64,000 nt of DNA from Phoronis australis. Lineage: Eukaryota > Animalia > Phoronida. The stretch's first letter is position 1. Each line of letters starts with the position of its first letter. The position numbers and the translations under genes were made by a program. Positions 25,443 to 39,500 of the stretch are shown piece after piece. The notes beneath the pieces were generated by a model. It saw only the letters and a list, made by a program, of their open reading frames with translations, was not told where the DNA came from and made no database searches. The stretch lies in NCBI GenBank assembly GCA_002633005.1, contig NMRA01001027.1, positions 4,468 through 68,467 of the forward strand, read 5' to 3'.

Positions 25443-25842
25443 AGGGCCGTCCCGGATTACACAGGGACACTCGAATCTCGCTGTATTTACCTACAATGCC
25501 GTAAACATCCGTCAGGCACATTTTCTGCCTCGTTTTCAGGCCACTGGAGTTCCACATTTTATTTGTTGATGTCCGATTCTTTACAAGTTTCTTGATTGCA
25601 TTACTCTATCCATCCTTCCAATGCCAACAAAGTACTATTGCTGTGCAGTGGGCTGCAACTCCGATGTGAGAAACTTTGACAAACTGGGCAAACACCCGTG
25701 GATGCATGACCTGAAATTCTTCACCTTCCCGACATCAAGCACGACAGAACCCCAAAAATGTGTCCGATTTCTAAAAGGTCACGCGCTTTCTTATCTCCGG
25801 GACAAAGGAGAGTCCTATCACCGCGTAATCCAGGACTGCCCT
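25443..25842 (+). mobile_element. Internally deleted THAP-domain DNA transposon (ISL2EU-like), AT TSD
   Basis: TIRs AGGGCCGTCCCGGATTAC / GTAATCCAGGACTGCCCT (16 of 18 match), flanked by AT. The ORF at 25621 begins MPTKYYCCAVGCNS...LKFFTFP, the N-terminal half of a THAP zinc finger, then breaks off. Confidence 0.78.
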
Positions 25843-27232
25843 ATTACATGGTAGCAATTCAAGCATGCACGTGTGTAATATTGAAACATGGTAAGATATT
25901 ATTACTCACAAAGATTTTGATATTAATCTGTCTTGAAAATCAAGAATATTGAATTTCCACTCCGCCGGCGTTTTCGGTATCCCAGAATTTAGAGCTGACT
26001 GTCCCAAAGTGTAGAATGTTCACTGTAATTGGATTGCATTGCCATTGCTAAAATTGTAATAGAATATTTTTACACTCATAAAATAGTATGACCTATACAT
26101 AAGTTTTTGCAGACCAATTGCATCATGTGCAGTTTTGAAATTGATCTTTCGAACATTCTATAAAAGTTAACCTGAACTCAGGAGATCCTCATCACAAATT
26201 TAAAATAATAAATTATGTAAAGCAACATGAAACCAAATTTAACAATCATGCAAATACATCACTAAAGGTCAGATTTTAGAAGATATCAGTATTTGCTGAT
26301 TGTGAGAACATTTTATTCCTTTACTACAAGAAAATGATTCATTTGCACACTAGTGGATGAGATAACGTGTACTGTTCATCCAGAGTAATTCAGCAAAGTT
26401 CTCGGAACATCAAAGGATTGATGGCATCGTCACAGATTGAAGTGAGCTTAACTGTCACATGGTTGCCTGAATGTGCTGGATGACTCGGAGATAATTGCAG
26501 ACGTAAACCAACACTCCTGTTTCTGTACAAAATTTAGAGTCAAAAAGACAAACAATAATAAAGCAAACGACCAACATGACTGAGTAAATAGGTTTTCTTC
26601 AGGGTTGCGGCTAAGCCACGAGCATTAATTTATGAATCGATTAGGATGGGTTAGTCTGGCTTAGGCCCACTTAGGCGTTGGGGTAACAAAACCCCAAATG
26701 TTAGCATAAGTAGGAATTGCCCCGTGTGAAACGTGTTCAGTCTATCATGACATCTTTGCATATCATTACTGACGAAATCAACAAAATAGTCAAAACATCT
26801 AGGAATGATTTCTTCTGAACCAATCTATGATTAGTGCAACAAGCACCTGGGAACAACCAATAATATTAGTTGACCACTGATACTTCTTGCCTTTGCTAAA
26901 ACACATTATAGTGAGGTGATGGAGACAGTTTTTGCTATTCAGGCGCGTGAACAGCGCAAACACACTGCAGAGACCATAAACACCTGACTGTGTAAACGAC
27001 GCGAGCAGGTAAGCACATCAAAGCAGGCAAGACTGAACATATATGCCCATCTAATAGACACCAAGCTAACTGGAATGGGAGGAAAAAGCATCAGTGGTCA
27101 TATAAGGAAACAAATATCCACGGATTCCTTGGTCATGGAGCTCGGGAGATTGTTGCTCTCCACTCCCTCGGTCCATTGATATATCGCTCTCCGGATCAAC
27201 CCATACTCGATTACAGTTGCCTACAAAACGTT

Positions 27233-27535
27233 TTAGAGATTTGTTGACTCAACGGCAGAGCGTTGCTCTTTCACCTTGGGAGCAGCAACATTTCCATCAG
27301 GGATTGAAGTATTGCTCTCCAGAACGTCATCCGAGCTGTCAAAAACTGGATTCTCATACGCATAACTGCCAACAACAGGTACCGAGCAAATACTTGAGCT
27401 TTCTGACAACTTGTTGTAGGCTCCTACAGTCTTGCTACCCTCCAAAGAGGTCATGTCCTGCTGACCTTTTGCCTCATGAGATGGTATGAGTTCAACAGTG
27501 CTGGCCTGGCTGTCCAGCGGTGGTCTTCCATAAGG
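27233..27535 (-). CDS. Membrane glycoprotein last exon (cytoplasmic tail)
   Basis: tttcgttgcag|CCT; PYGRPPLDSQAS...YAYENPVFD...ESTNL stop. Confidence 0.8.
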   Translation of the reverse strand, partial: PYGRPPLDSQASTVELIPSHEAKGQQDMTSLEGSKTVGAYNKLSESSSICSVPVVGSYAYENPVFDSSDDVLESNTSIPDGNVAAPKVKEQRSAVESTNL

Positions 27536-30500
27536 CTGCAACGAAATATATCAACCACACTGATTAGAATTTTTCATCCAGAAAATCTTGAACTATGTGT
27601 TTTGATCAATTTCCTACAATAGGCCTGGTTAGTATAATGTGCTGGGTCATGAATTTAACTTGACAGTTTTCCAAGTTAATTGCTGTCTTTTTATACATAT
27701 CAGGACATACAGTTGTGTAAGAACTTTCAATGGCTAAATACAGTTCAAATTCCTTTTCTTGGTTTACCTTCTACCTAAATAGCAAAAACACTAAACAGTT
27801 CCTGTCATTAAGCTCCATGATCGAAACTTACAGTCCCCTCCATGTGAAACATTGCTTAAAAAAATTATGTGAATATTTGCTCATCATATTTTAAAGACAG
27901 CCAGAGGATTCCTTCAGACACTAAAGTGGTTGCCAACATGGATTTCACAGCAGCAATCAATAGATGTCACTACTGTTGACAGAGGACAATTGGCATGGTA
28001 TGGTCTAAGAGCCAAAATAAGTCTGAACATTAAACGGAACCAACCGAGGTAGAACATTAGCTAGTCAGGTCTGTAAAGGGTTACGACGTAACAGTTTTGG
28101 ACAAATTTGACCGAAACTGACAACAAAATCAAACTCAGTAGTTCTCTAGTTATTGGAGACTAAATCTTGAGTATGCCTCGATTTAGACATCATTGTCCCC
28201 TGAAGAGGAATGCAAATGGGAAGTTTTGGTTCTACAAAGAGTTATATAGCCATACATGAATATCAGACTTGGACAGACTGAAAAAGTGGGCATGAGCCGT
28301 CTTACGCCTTTTGTTGCAGTTTTTATTGCCCATTTTTCCACACATGATTAATGATAAGTATATTTACCAAAGATAAAAAATCATTGACTCACAAGCTTCA
28401 GTTTCCAGAGATAAAAAGTAGAGCAAGGTTGGCCAAATAACATCACTTATTATGACAAAATAGAAGTACAAAGAATAAGACAGAAAATAAAACAGGTAAT
28501 AAATAATAATCACATGACGGATGAGGCACAAAAAGGGGACAAAAATGAAAAAGTGACCATGGAGGTTAATGTGGGCAACTTGAACAGGGAATTGAGCCCA
28601 TAACAGCTGCATCACTGACACAAGCAAATTGACTGAAACATGTGAGTTTACAAACAAAGGAAATTCTTAGACACATGACAGTCATCAGCCCTTGAAAGTC
28701 TTACCGTAATCGTTCGGGTTAACGCCCTGGGCGGTTAAATTGGCGAACCCAAAAAATCGGGGGAGGGCGGTTAACCGAGCAGTGGGCGGTTAAATCGGAA
28801 ATCCACTTAAAGTCGGGGATGGGCGGTTAACTGAACATGGGGGTTAACCCGAACGATTACGGTAGAGCTGACTAAACTTGTGGGACTTGGTAACACAGAA
28901 CTATAAGATGGCTGGAAACAAGGGGGGGGGGGTGTAAAGTAAGAATGGTCCATACGCTAACATAAATATATTTAACGAGTGAAATACAATTTATAATTGG
29001 CATATGTAGCAAAGATACAAAATGCGAGTCACAAGCAACAGTTCCAGAGACGAAAAAGAGGTACGGGTAATGGTGAAATAACATCGTTATTACGACAAAA
29101 TAGTACGAAGAATAAGACTGAATTAACATATAATAGGTAAAAATAACAATCTCTGCAAAAATAGGCAATAAAAGCGTAACAAGAAGAGAACTGTTGCCAG
29201 AAAGCTCATCCTCGTGACCTATGTCCAATATAAATAGCCTGATCAGATGTCCTAAATCTATATAATATAATGTTTTAATTTGGTAAAACCAGATTATGAT
29301 ACAAATTCCTCACTACAGGTAAAAATAATTGTTAAAATTACTATTTTCATTCTATTTTTTCAGTGTCATCGATGCAAAATAGCCAACTCAGTGGTATTAT
29401 TAGAAAGCACATATTCAAAACTAAAAAATATTTCACGTCTCCCTTAATAAAAAGTGGTTATTAACCCACCCAAATATGGTAAGATGTTGCATAAACTGAT
29501 TTTTTGTTACACAAACATGAGTGAGTAACGTAGGTTTTCATTCGGCACTCTGGTGGTAATTTCAAGGTGAAAAATTAGCACCTGATTATCTCCGATTCAC
29601 GTGCACACCCACCATCATAAATAAAAGCAGAACCATTGTCAAGTGTCGTTAGCAGGGATGAGTGCAGTAGGGTAATACAACTCCCCACTCTCCTGTAGGT
29701 ATGGTAAAAGAACCTTCAGACCTTGTTCTTGATATTAGTGGTATGCAGTTAAAAGTGACGGGTTAAACAAACATTCAGTCCAGTTTACATGTCTGGGCCA
29801 AGCTTTTAGGAACAGTCAGTACAACTATCTAGTCCTAGAATAAACAAGTTTCCTGAGAAACCCCTAACTTGAATCCTACAGGATGAATCCAGCAATCATA
29901 GTCTTTAAGCCAAAGCGCTCAAGCCACGCTGCTTATTCAGGCATAGGAGACCTGAGCTGTTAGCAACATCAGTTGAAGGTAACTGCATAAGGGTGTCACC
30001 AGGAAAACACGAGTGTACGTGATAGATTGGACGATAACGGATTTCATTGTGCTGTAGTTAGCAACCCGGCATTATGTGTAGACCATGAACTAACCAGAAA
30101 TTCCCTAATGGCTGGCTGTGAACTAAGTTACAACTAAGTTACAACCAAGTTTTTGGCAATAGTCAGTTGCAATCGTCCCCGTATTTTGATAACCAGTTTT
30201 CTTCATTGAGTAGTGCATAATGGGCATCGAAACTGGTTCTCAAAATGCAGTCATGTTATATCCGGCTATTGCCACCTTTTTTGTTCATAATTAATCTGGT
30301 AGCAAATGACCAACAATTCACGATATTTTCAGAGGTTCAAAGAGCTTAAATGAGACTTTAGATTCTGAAAAAATGAAACTCAAATTTCACAAATTGATAA
30401 TGAATAAGCTATTTTTATTTTCAAGCTGTGGTGAAGGCAACAGTCTGAAGTACTGCAGTACACAGGATTGGTGAATATACAGTAAAAGTTGGAACAATAA

Positions 30501-33500
30501 ATGCTAAAATTGTCATTTTGTTATTTTTCTATGGCTAAATTACAACTCTACATATTAAATTTACAAAATCTTCGATAACATCAGACTAAAATTTTCTATT
30601 TTTGTTCAGAAATTAGACAACATATCAATTAAATTCCACTTGTGCACCATGTTGTGTCCCAAACATATTTTTACCATATACTGCAAAATTTTAACATAAT
30701 TTATGGTATAACAACTCGTGATTTATGAGAACGAGCTATGAATTAGCAAATAAAGGAAAGAAAATACAGGAACACGAAAATCAAGGCTAAGCAGTTAGTC
30801 ACTGAAGGACTACGTGACATCCTCTTTAAGGTCAATGAATCTGATAAGAAATTCAGTTAATTTTGCCGCCCATATAAACCTAGTGCTGTCTTAATGTTAC
30901 CACTTGTTGACATTCCAGGACATTTCCAGGGTTGCTGTTGAAATAACATCAGTTCCAATTAAAGTTCAAGCCATATACTTGCACTGCTAGATATTTTGGA
31001 CAAATATTGTGCAGCTCCGTGAAATGGTAATGAGTTCAAGTAGAAAACAATCTCAAACTGCAATAAAACAAGTTTGAGGTGATAATCAAAAACAAATAAT
31101 TAGTGAAAAAAACCCGTACATAACGAAAATTTAGAGAACCAAACTTGCTGTCTAAAAAGTTCTAATTAACGTCATTTTCCATAGCAAAGATTTTTTACAT
31201 CAGGCGGTTTCTTTGATTTTGCGCACAACTCAACTTCACCCAAACCCTGTTGCGACTGATAGAGAAGATTGTACCCTTTGGGTATGGAATTCCCCCCTTG
31301 GTTTGATTGGCTCATGTCACACACCACCATTGCTCGACTTAATGAAACATTGTTTCTATGTACCTATTTTTGTTGTTCCGGTGCGTGTATCTGCCTTCAT
31401 CACAAAACATTTGGACTTCGTTTTTTAATCATTCACATTGCCCCAGAAAAACTTACTGCAGTTAAATCTAATGTGTTCACCGTAGCCAGTCCTTCAGCAC
31501 AGTGTTTAAAGTTACATGAGCCGTGTTGTTAGACAATAACCATAGGGAACCTGTCTGGTGATGACTCCTCAAACACAATGAGTTTCAGTATTTCCCTTAA
31601 TGAAATATGGTATATATTTGATTTCTTGGCAGTGACGTTATCACTGTCTTGTGGAACTTCCTGATTATAAAGCCTCGGACTTATTGGTGAAGTTCCTGGG
31701 GCCATTCCTGAATATAAGATGGGAAGTTCAAAATGGGTAGGTGACATGGTCTTATGGCAAAGAAATGTGCTTCATGAGACTGAGGAAATATGACTAACTG
31801 CGACTTTCTCTTTACTGGGATTTGATGCTGACATTCTATAAAACTAAGTCTGTTTTTGTTTTTATGACCTTGATACTGATGACAAAAACATGATGTAGAA
31901 TCTTACCAATTTTGGACAAAAACTGGCTTCACCTCTATGAAAATGGCAAAGAATTAATTTTATGCAAACTTTATGCAAATTATTGATTATAAAGATTTTA
32001 AGGTTACATAAGACATCAGTGTTTTTAGTAAAAAATCTACAAAACTATACATTTTAACTTAATAAAATAACATAGCTTCTAAAACTAGAAAGCCTGCAGA
32101 ATTTAATTTTTGACTTAAATAATACTAATAAGCTATTACCTAGGTCTCGTAAAAATATCTTTTCGTAAAATTTACCAAAAAAGAAAGGTTCATCAATAAC
32201 GAAACAATGGTATAACCAACATGATCAACGGGATCAACGTGATCAAATTTCATAAAAATGTTCTTGATGAAATCTCAAAAACTGTTAACTATTTTCTAAA
32301 TTATCATTTCATTTTTGTTTCATGCAATTTCCGAGTTTTTTTCATAAAAATTTTAACAAGTTCCTCACGTAAAAGTGGAGCAAAATATTCCTAACAGAAC
32401 TGTGGAGACAATGCACAAAGCATGGTATCTGAAAGTTTCATATCAATCCGATCAGGCATTTATGAGATGTGTTCCATAAGTTTGCCCGAATCGGACATTT
32501 TTCGAGGTTCATAGATAACAACAAAAAGTTCATCTGTCTGCCACATTGTGTCCCTATTCCCAACTTTTCATAAGGTGCATTAGGTTCCAATAAACAGACA
32601 CTGTAAAGAATCTCTCAGTTTATTGTAGCTAAAACCAATGCAGACAAAACATGGATGTATATGTAACACCCAACTAAACTCGAATTTTATTGTTTAGAGT
32701 TCAGGGACTTCTCACAGTTCATTGGGATTTTGTTTGACCACGGTTGTATGACTTTAACCAGCAGTCAAGCATCAAAGGCGGAACTGTCTAACATTTTTTT
32801 AACATGCCATAAGATGCAGTTACAACTTGTTTTATGATTTGTGCATACTGAATCGCCTATTCGCGAAGTGATTTAGCAGATGAGACCAGCAAGTGGAAAT
32901 ATGACGGCTTGACACATTTCCTGTTGTCGGAAATTATGAACGTGCCTTTGTTCAAGATGACTAAACAAAGACTCAAAGATGTGCTCTGATGAAACCATTA
33001 AAACGCGAGCTAAGTTATTATGTAACAATTGGTTATAAAGTATGACCAACGGAATAATGATTTCATTGTCTTAAGTTTAACTTAAAAACTATTTTACAAG
33101 ACAGTGATTGAGGCAATGAGAAAAATCTATCAAAAAGTAGAATATGCATATGCTGAAATCTAATTGGTTTCGTCCATAATATGAAGTTTTGTTTTCCCAC
33201 TGTTCTAGATTTATATCAGAAAGATGACAACTTTCACATTATCTTGCCATTAGATATATGCAAAGAAGCATTGACTAAAATGAGTTGACATATCTCCGAC
33301 TAAAACGGGCAATTTTTCAAACTGTTTGACCTCTGAAATTGAATTTCTCGCAAACAAATATATGTAAGAATCATTTTAAGCCTAAAAATGCAATAAAAAG
33401 TAGATAAAACATTCGGTTTCATTCTATGGTGCCCCATGATGAATGGTAATATTTTTCCAATGTAGACAGTTGTCCTGCAATTTGTGATGCCAGACAAAGG

Positions 33501-36500
33501 AACATTGGAATGCTTACGAATGGACTTCAAGATCTCACCAATTGCGTACAGAAATAATTGACAAAACAGCAATTTTTTCATTCTTCAAGGACTTCTGATC
33601 ACAGCTTTTCAAATATTGTCTTGTGGCAGGTATGGTAAAGAGCAAAGCATAATTTTTTATTATGTATCATTTGAAAAAATGAGCAAATAAAATTTGACCT
33701 GTACGTCATATTGTGTCCTAAATTGCAGCAATTTTACCACAGATTCATATCTTAACTAGTCTCGATTTAGAAATCGGTGTCATCTGGCGTTGAAGCCAAA
33801 CGGTTGCTTTTCATTTTAGTAATGTCATCATATAAACCAAATGACCTACAGCAAGGTGAAACGCCCAAAAATCAATACTTGTAGCAAACATTTCTCAGGT
33901 GCGGGTGATAGCAAAATGGAAATATGATTGGCAGGGATGTGTGTATTGAACTGGAAGCATGTGCTAATTTGACAGTTTGAAAACAGGAACAATTCATAGT
34001 CTCCCTATATGGATGATGTTGTACAAACAATAATTAATTAACCAGTAAAATTTATTTGCTTAGTGCAAGAAACAAAGCTATACTCCAAATAAGAGCTTAC
34101 TGAGTAATCACTACTAGATTGAGTATTGCCTTAAATGACTTGCAGTTATACAATATGATGATCAATACCTGAAAAAGATCCCCCGTGGCACTATAGATTC
34201 ATTATTTACGTGGCTTTCCGGATTGACTTGAAGATACATTTTAAATAGTTAAACAAATCTATAATTTTCAGCTTTACTAATAGCTATATCAAACTGACGG
34301 TAAATGTTGTTCTCTTCATTCTTTTCACTGACAAGAGAGGCTAGTACTGAATAACAGAATGTAACGCAACTGAAATCCATTTAACCATCATAGCCTACAC
34401 CCTTTTAAATTAATGCTACATCGGCAACCAAAAACATTTTCAGAATTCTCGATAACACAAAATGCCACACATACTTTGTTGCTTACACACACAGCCATGT
34501 TTTGTTATTAGTAACACTACAACCATTTTTGTTATGAATGAGAAATTAATTGAAGGCAACTTCATCCAGAAAAATATCTTTTGATGGCCTAAAAATTAAA
34601 GCCACAAGATCATGATGACCATGAAAACATTCAATTGCGTGACATTTAACGTTTATTTAATTAGTCATTTAGAGCAGTGAATTTTCACCTGTGATAACAA
34701 ACTACATAAATCCATCAGCCTGGCCAGTACAGGTTTATTCAAGGGGTTCAATCAGTAGTCACTGGCAACTGTGCTTAGGGATAAAAAACAGGGTGTCAGT
34801 TACAGACCAGGGCAGTTAATGGGGAAACGAAAATAGACCCTGACATGTCTAGGTAATAAATCTGTCACACGAGAGTTAAAAGTTTATAAATAAAGCCTAG
34901 GCATTTGAAATGTGTCCATCAAGACATAACTGGCTTACAATACTGTATCTCAACTGGAAAGATTACAAGAGCAACACTAAGCAATGATTTGCACCCATCT
35001 TGGGCATCACATACAGCACAGATACAAGGGATGATCATTATTTTGAACATTACCACTAGAGGGAGCAATAGTAATAAACTTAATGTAGCCTCTACAGGGG
35101 CGTAAAGTATGACTGCAGTATTTTCCTCAGTAAGAACACACCTGCCACTTTTCATCAGGATTCCTCAAGTCGTTTGATGGATAGAGAGATGGACGATGAA
35201 CACACACAAAAATAAAAAGGCCATCAGGAGGCAGATCATAGGTCAAAACTGTCTGAAACAGGATAAGTGCTGTCGTCTGCATGTTAGTAAGTTACTTTGC
35301 CCAGTGTTCCATGAACATCGACTGAGGAACTTGTTAGATATTGAGATAAACACAGAGAAAATCAAAATTGCCACTGACAGACTCCACAGTGAGTCCGATT
35401 TGTACTAAAATCCACATCAATTGTACTCTCCTCAATCACAGGATCACATAAAGGAACTTGGTAGATATTGAACCAAAGCGAAAAAATTGCCATTAGGGGG
35501 CACCGCAGTGCTTGGATCTGTCCAAACACCATCTTCAAAGTCAAACGTGGAAATCTCAAGAATAGACATTAATCCAAATTAATGGAATGTTAAAGTTCGT
35601 TAAACACAGAAGACATGTAAAAATAACTTTTTGATTTTGAAATAGGATCTTCAATTTTGAGAGCATTTCCATAGACTTCAAATTGATGCACCAAGCAAAG
35701 TGTCAGGCAGTAAGAAACTTTCAGCTGTTTCCAAGTTTACTGAGCAAGGCATGCCAATAGGCGAATTATAGCAATTACCATAAAATTTTTGCTGATCAGT
35801 GCTCTTGCAGAAAAAGATGTCAGCGACCAGAATCAGCACACTGTTTTACTTTATGAAGTTGCATTCAAACGCCAGCCATTTGTTGAAAAGCAACTTGGAA
35901 AAGATAAAAAGCAAAAACAACATGCAGCCAAGGATACAGGAATAAATAAATTTACGTACTGCCTTTTCATGGCATTTTTGTCAATTATGCAAAGAAATTG
36001 GAGAATGTGGTATTTCAGTTTCAAGTATATCGTGACCACAATGTCTTAGATGAATCATCGATTGGTAGCCAAAAACAAAAATCAGTGGAATTGAGCCTTT
36101 TTGGTCGTGTAATATTCCTTACCTTGATAGCTAGGAGTCTGATTCCATTACCTGAATGAACACTGAAACCATTAGTGAGTCAAGAAAAAGCTTCAGTTGT
36201 TTAGGGTTGGCCAACCCCAAAATTGCGAATTTGAAAATGGTACAAGTATACACTGCCACTTCAGAGTTGCCGGCTCATTCAGAAACAATTCAAGATTAGA
36301 TGAGCACGGCAAGTTTTTAAATCCCAACGTGTTGCTGTTAAGAATTGAACAACACGGCTGAACAGAGCGAAATACACATTTAAAAGCTATAGATTTGAAT
36401 AATTATTTGCATATGATAGAATCAATAACTGATGCAAGGAGTAAGGTGGGTTTGTTAACTTACAAACTAAACACAACTAACTGGACTACGACTAGATAGA

Positions 36501-39500
36501 TCCAAACCTGCAGTTTTGGCTTAGGACATGTGGGGTCTTAAGGCACTTGCGATAAAACAGTCGGTCATAATTAACTAAATGGAAACGCTTTGCTGCAAGT
36601 TACTTACCTAATAGCTAGGTGCAAAGTAATTCTAGGAATCACAAAACAAATTGTTTGAATGGCATCACCCTGGCTACAGAGTACAACTAACATATTTTGA
36701 GTGATACACACGACTGACTACATAAATATACTATGAAATATCAACAGTAGGCGGAAGTAAATTAAAAAAAAATGTGACAGACAGTATATTTTAAATCTAG
36801 AAACAGATTTCATGCTGCTTAATTTCTGCGCTAAGCTCTTTTAAATTACCTTTCAGAAGAACGATGTCTCAGTCTGTTTCTGACAGATAAGCAAACAATG
36901 CAAAGTGAAGACATATTGAAACAGTAAGAAAAACCAACCAATTACAACATAAATGTTGAAAATAACAAAATCAACAAGAATCACAACCCAATCTCCAATC
37001 ATTCAGTGATAATTCTAGAAGCCCCTCCCTTAATTCATTAGCATGTAAAAAGATCATTGAACCACTTCACTGCTTACTCCTGCCAATTAAAGACACATTA
37101 AAATTGTCCCGATCACACCTTAGTTTATATTAAAGAGTATTACACCTAGCATTCATGTTCTAACACACTGACAATGCAGACCAGTTCAGATCACCTTTAA
37201 TACAGTGGTGAACAAGACAACAACACAAGCAATACAGGGTCTAGGCTTAATTGATCACGAGAGTGGATTTACGATTTTTGTTACCTTTCAACGTAGATAG
37301 TTCTTTAAACAAATACATAACATACTGAGGTAGCAAACGAAATCATACACGTGAAAATGCTGCTTCCCAAAAACTCAAATCAAACCAGGACACTAAAAGG
37401 CTATTGTGACCAACTGGTCGCCCACTTGGACCCGTAAGGGTCAACTGACCTATTGCCTTATTTTTCTAAAATGATCCCTGATAATTTTGATAATGGTACT
37501 TGAAGGGCTTGTTTGCCTCACTAAAAATTTGCTTTTTAAGAGCAAAATTTGTTTTCTTAAACTTGGGTGTAAAGCCTACCCAACAGTACCGTAAGAGTTA
37601 GCAAACATGTGGAAATGTGTTGTAGGTGATCATTTATATATTCTAGAAGAGGGTGGGCGTAGCCACTAAAACATAATTTGACCCAGATCTAGATAGTCTG
37701 AAACAGTTTGCACTTTCTAGTACATTTTATTGCCTTATATATCTATTAGTCACTATTATATACTTTTGTTAAAGCCAGAAATGAGGCACCCAACCTCAGA
37801 CTGGCTACGTGATGTTGTCTGGACAATAAATGTATTAAAAAAAAGTTTGCACTTTTGCACTTAATAACAATTAAACTGCCGTCAAAACATGACCGGACTT
37901 AATGATAAGCGGGTGACATCAAACTGAATTTACTCCTCTATATTCCTTACACACATCAGATCAGAGCAGCTACTCTACCAAGCAACAAGTAATATTTGGT
38001 TGGCAGAGCTATGACAAAACCTGCGCTGTATAATTTCAGTGATGATGAAAATCTACCGATCTGTACAAACATTCAAAAACATCAACCTTCACAAATGAGT
38101 TTTCCAGTGCAAATCAAGTGCAACATTTGCACTTTGTGTTCAAAATTTTCTACAACAAAGCTTCAAATGCGATGGCGTGTTTATCTCACTGTTAACAAAC
38201 AACTTATTGAGAGACTGGAGTCCATATTCATCTGGGCAATGTTTGTAACTGACAAGCAACATCTAAACTACAGTCAGTGTAAGACAGATTGTCACAATGG
38301 AGAAAGAGCAAACAACATGGTGTGATGCACTCACGGCCTCCAGGTGTTGACTTAAAAACATGTCACGATTCCAGATGCAAGCCAGAGCTGTATGAAGACA
38401 AACTTTGATGGCATTGGAATCACATATCTGAATACTCTGAAGAATATAACAGTGACCAACAATACTGCCTGTGGGACAGTGCTGTTCAGTGGGTAAAATA
38501 ACCATGCCATGTCTATGTTAGATCTATTCAAGATGATGTTTGTGTCTGTTTCCATTGTACAATATTCTTCAGTTGTTTTCCAAAAATTAGTTGCCAACAT
38601 TATCACTTAATTATCTAAATTTCAAAAACCAAGTACCAAACATAAAATAATCAAATGTTAAATTGACGTATGTTATGACTCATCCAGTAGGAGTATAATA
38701 TGCAGAAAATTACAAGTTGTTACTGAACTAACGCGAGATGAAAGGGCAACATCAGTTTCGCCAGAGTCTGCTGGCTTTTTCAAGCCTGTGTGACTGCTAA
38801 AGGATTTGGTCGGAATTGAGATAATCGGCGGGAAACTAGTCAGAATCATATCACACACACCCTGGACAGGACTCTAACTTAAGTTTCCCGCAGATTTTCT
38901 CAACTCCCGACTGAATCCATCAGAGGTCGCAAGGCTTGAAAAAGCCAGCAGATGCTGGCGAAACGTTGCCCTTTGATCTCCAGTAAGTTCAGTAACGACT
39001 TGTTAAGTTCTATATATAACCAAATGCTGTTTATGACGACCACGCAGCACGAAACATGCTAGTAACAAAGCAAATATTTTTCAATATCTGGTTATTAAAA
39101 TTTAAAAAATACCACTTCAATGCCAAATTTGAGTGCCAAACAAATGAAAGCTATTGACACTTAAACTTGGCAGAAATTACATCAACATGAATATTTATGG
39201 TCCAGGAATTGATGCAAGTGAACTTCATTCTAAATTATTTTAATATAAAATGCTGTACAACTCACCTTGAGTTCTGCATCTGTTTCAAAGCTGACCTGTC
39301 TGCCATTGTTGTAGTAGGGTTTCCCTTCACCAACCTCTGCACCTCTTTTTTCATTCCGAACCCTGTTNACTTTTGTTAAAGCCAGAAATGAGGCACCCAA
39401 CCTCAGACTGGCTACGTGATGTTGTCTGGACAATAAATGTATTAAAAAAAAGTTTGCACTTTTGCACTTAATAACAATTAAACTGCCGTCAAAACATGAC

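Noticed and set aside
31529-35559. Minus-strand ORFs of 65-93 aa in the last intron
   Set aside because: No motifs or matching splice signals; lengths are expected by chance.
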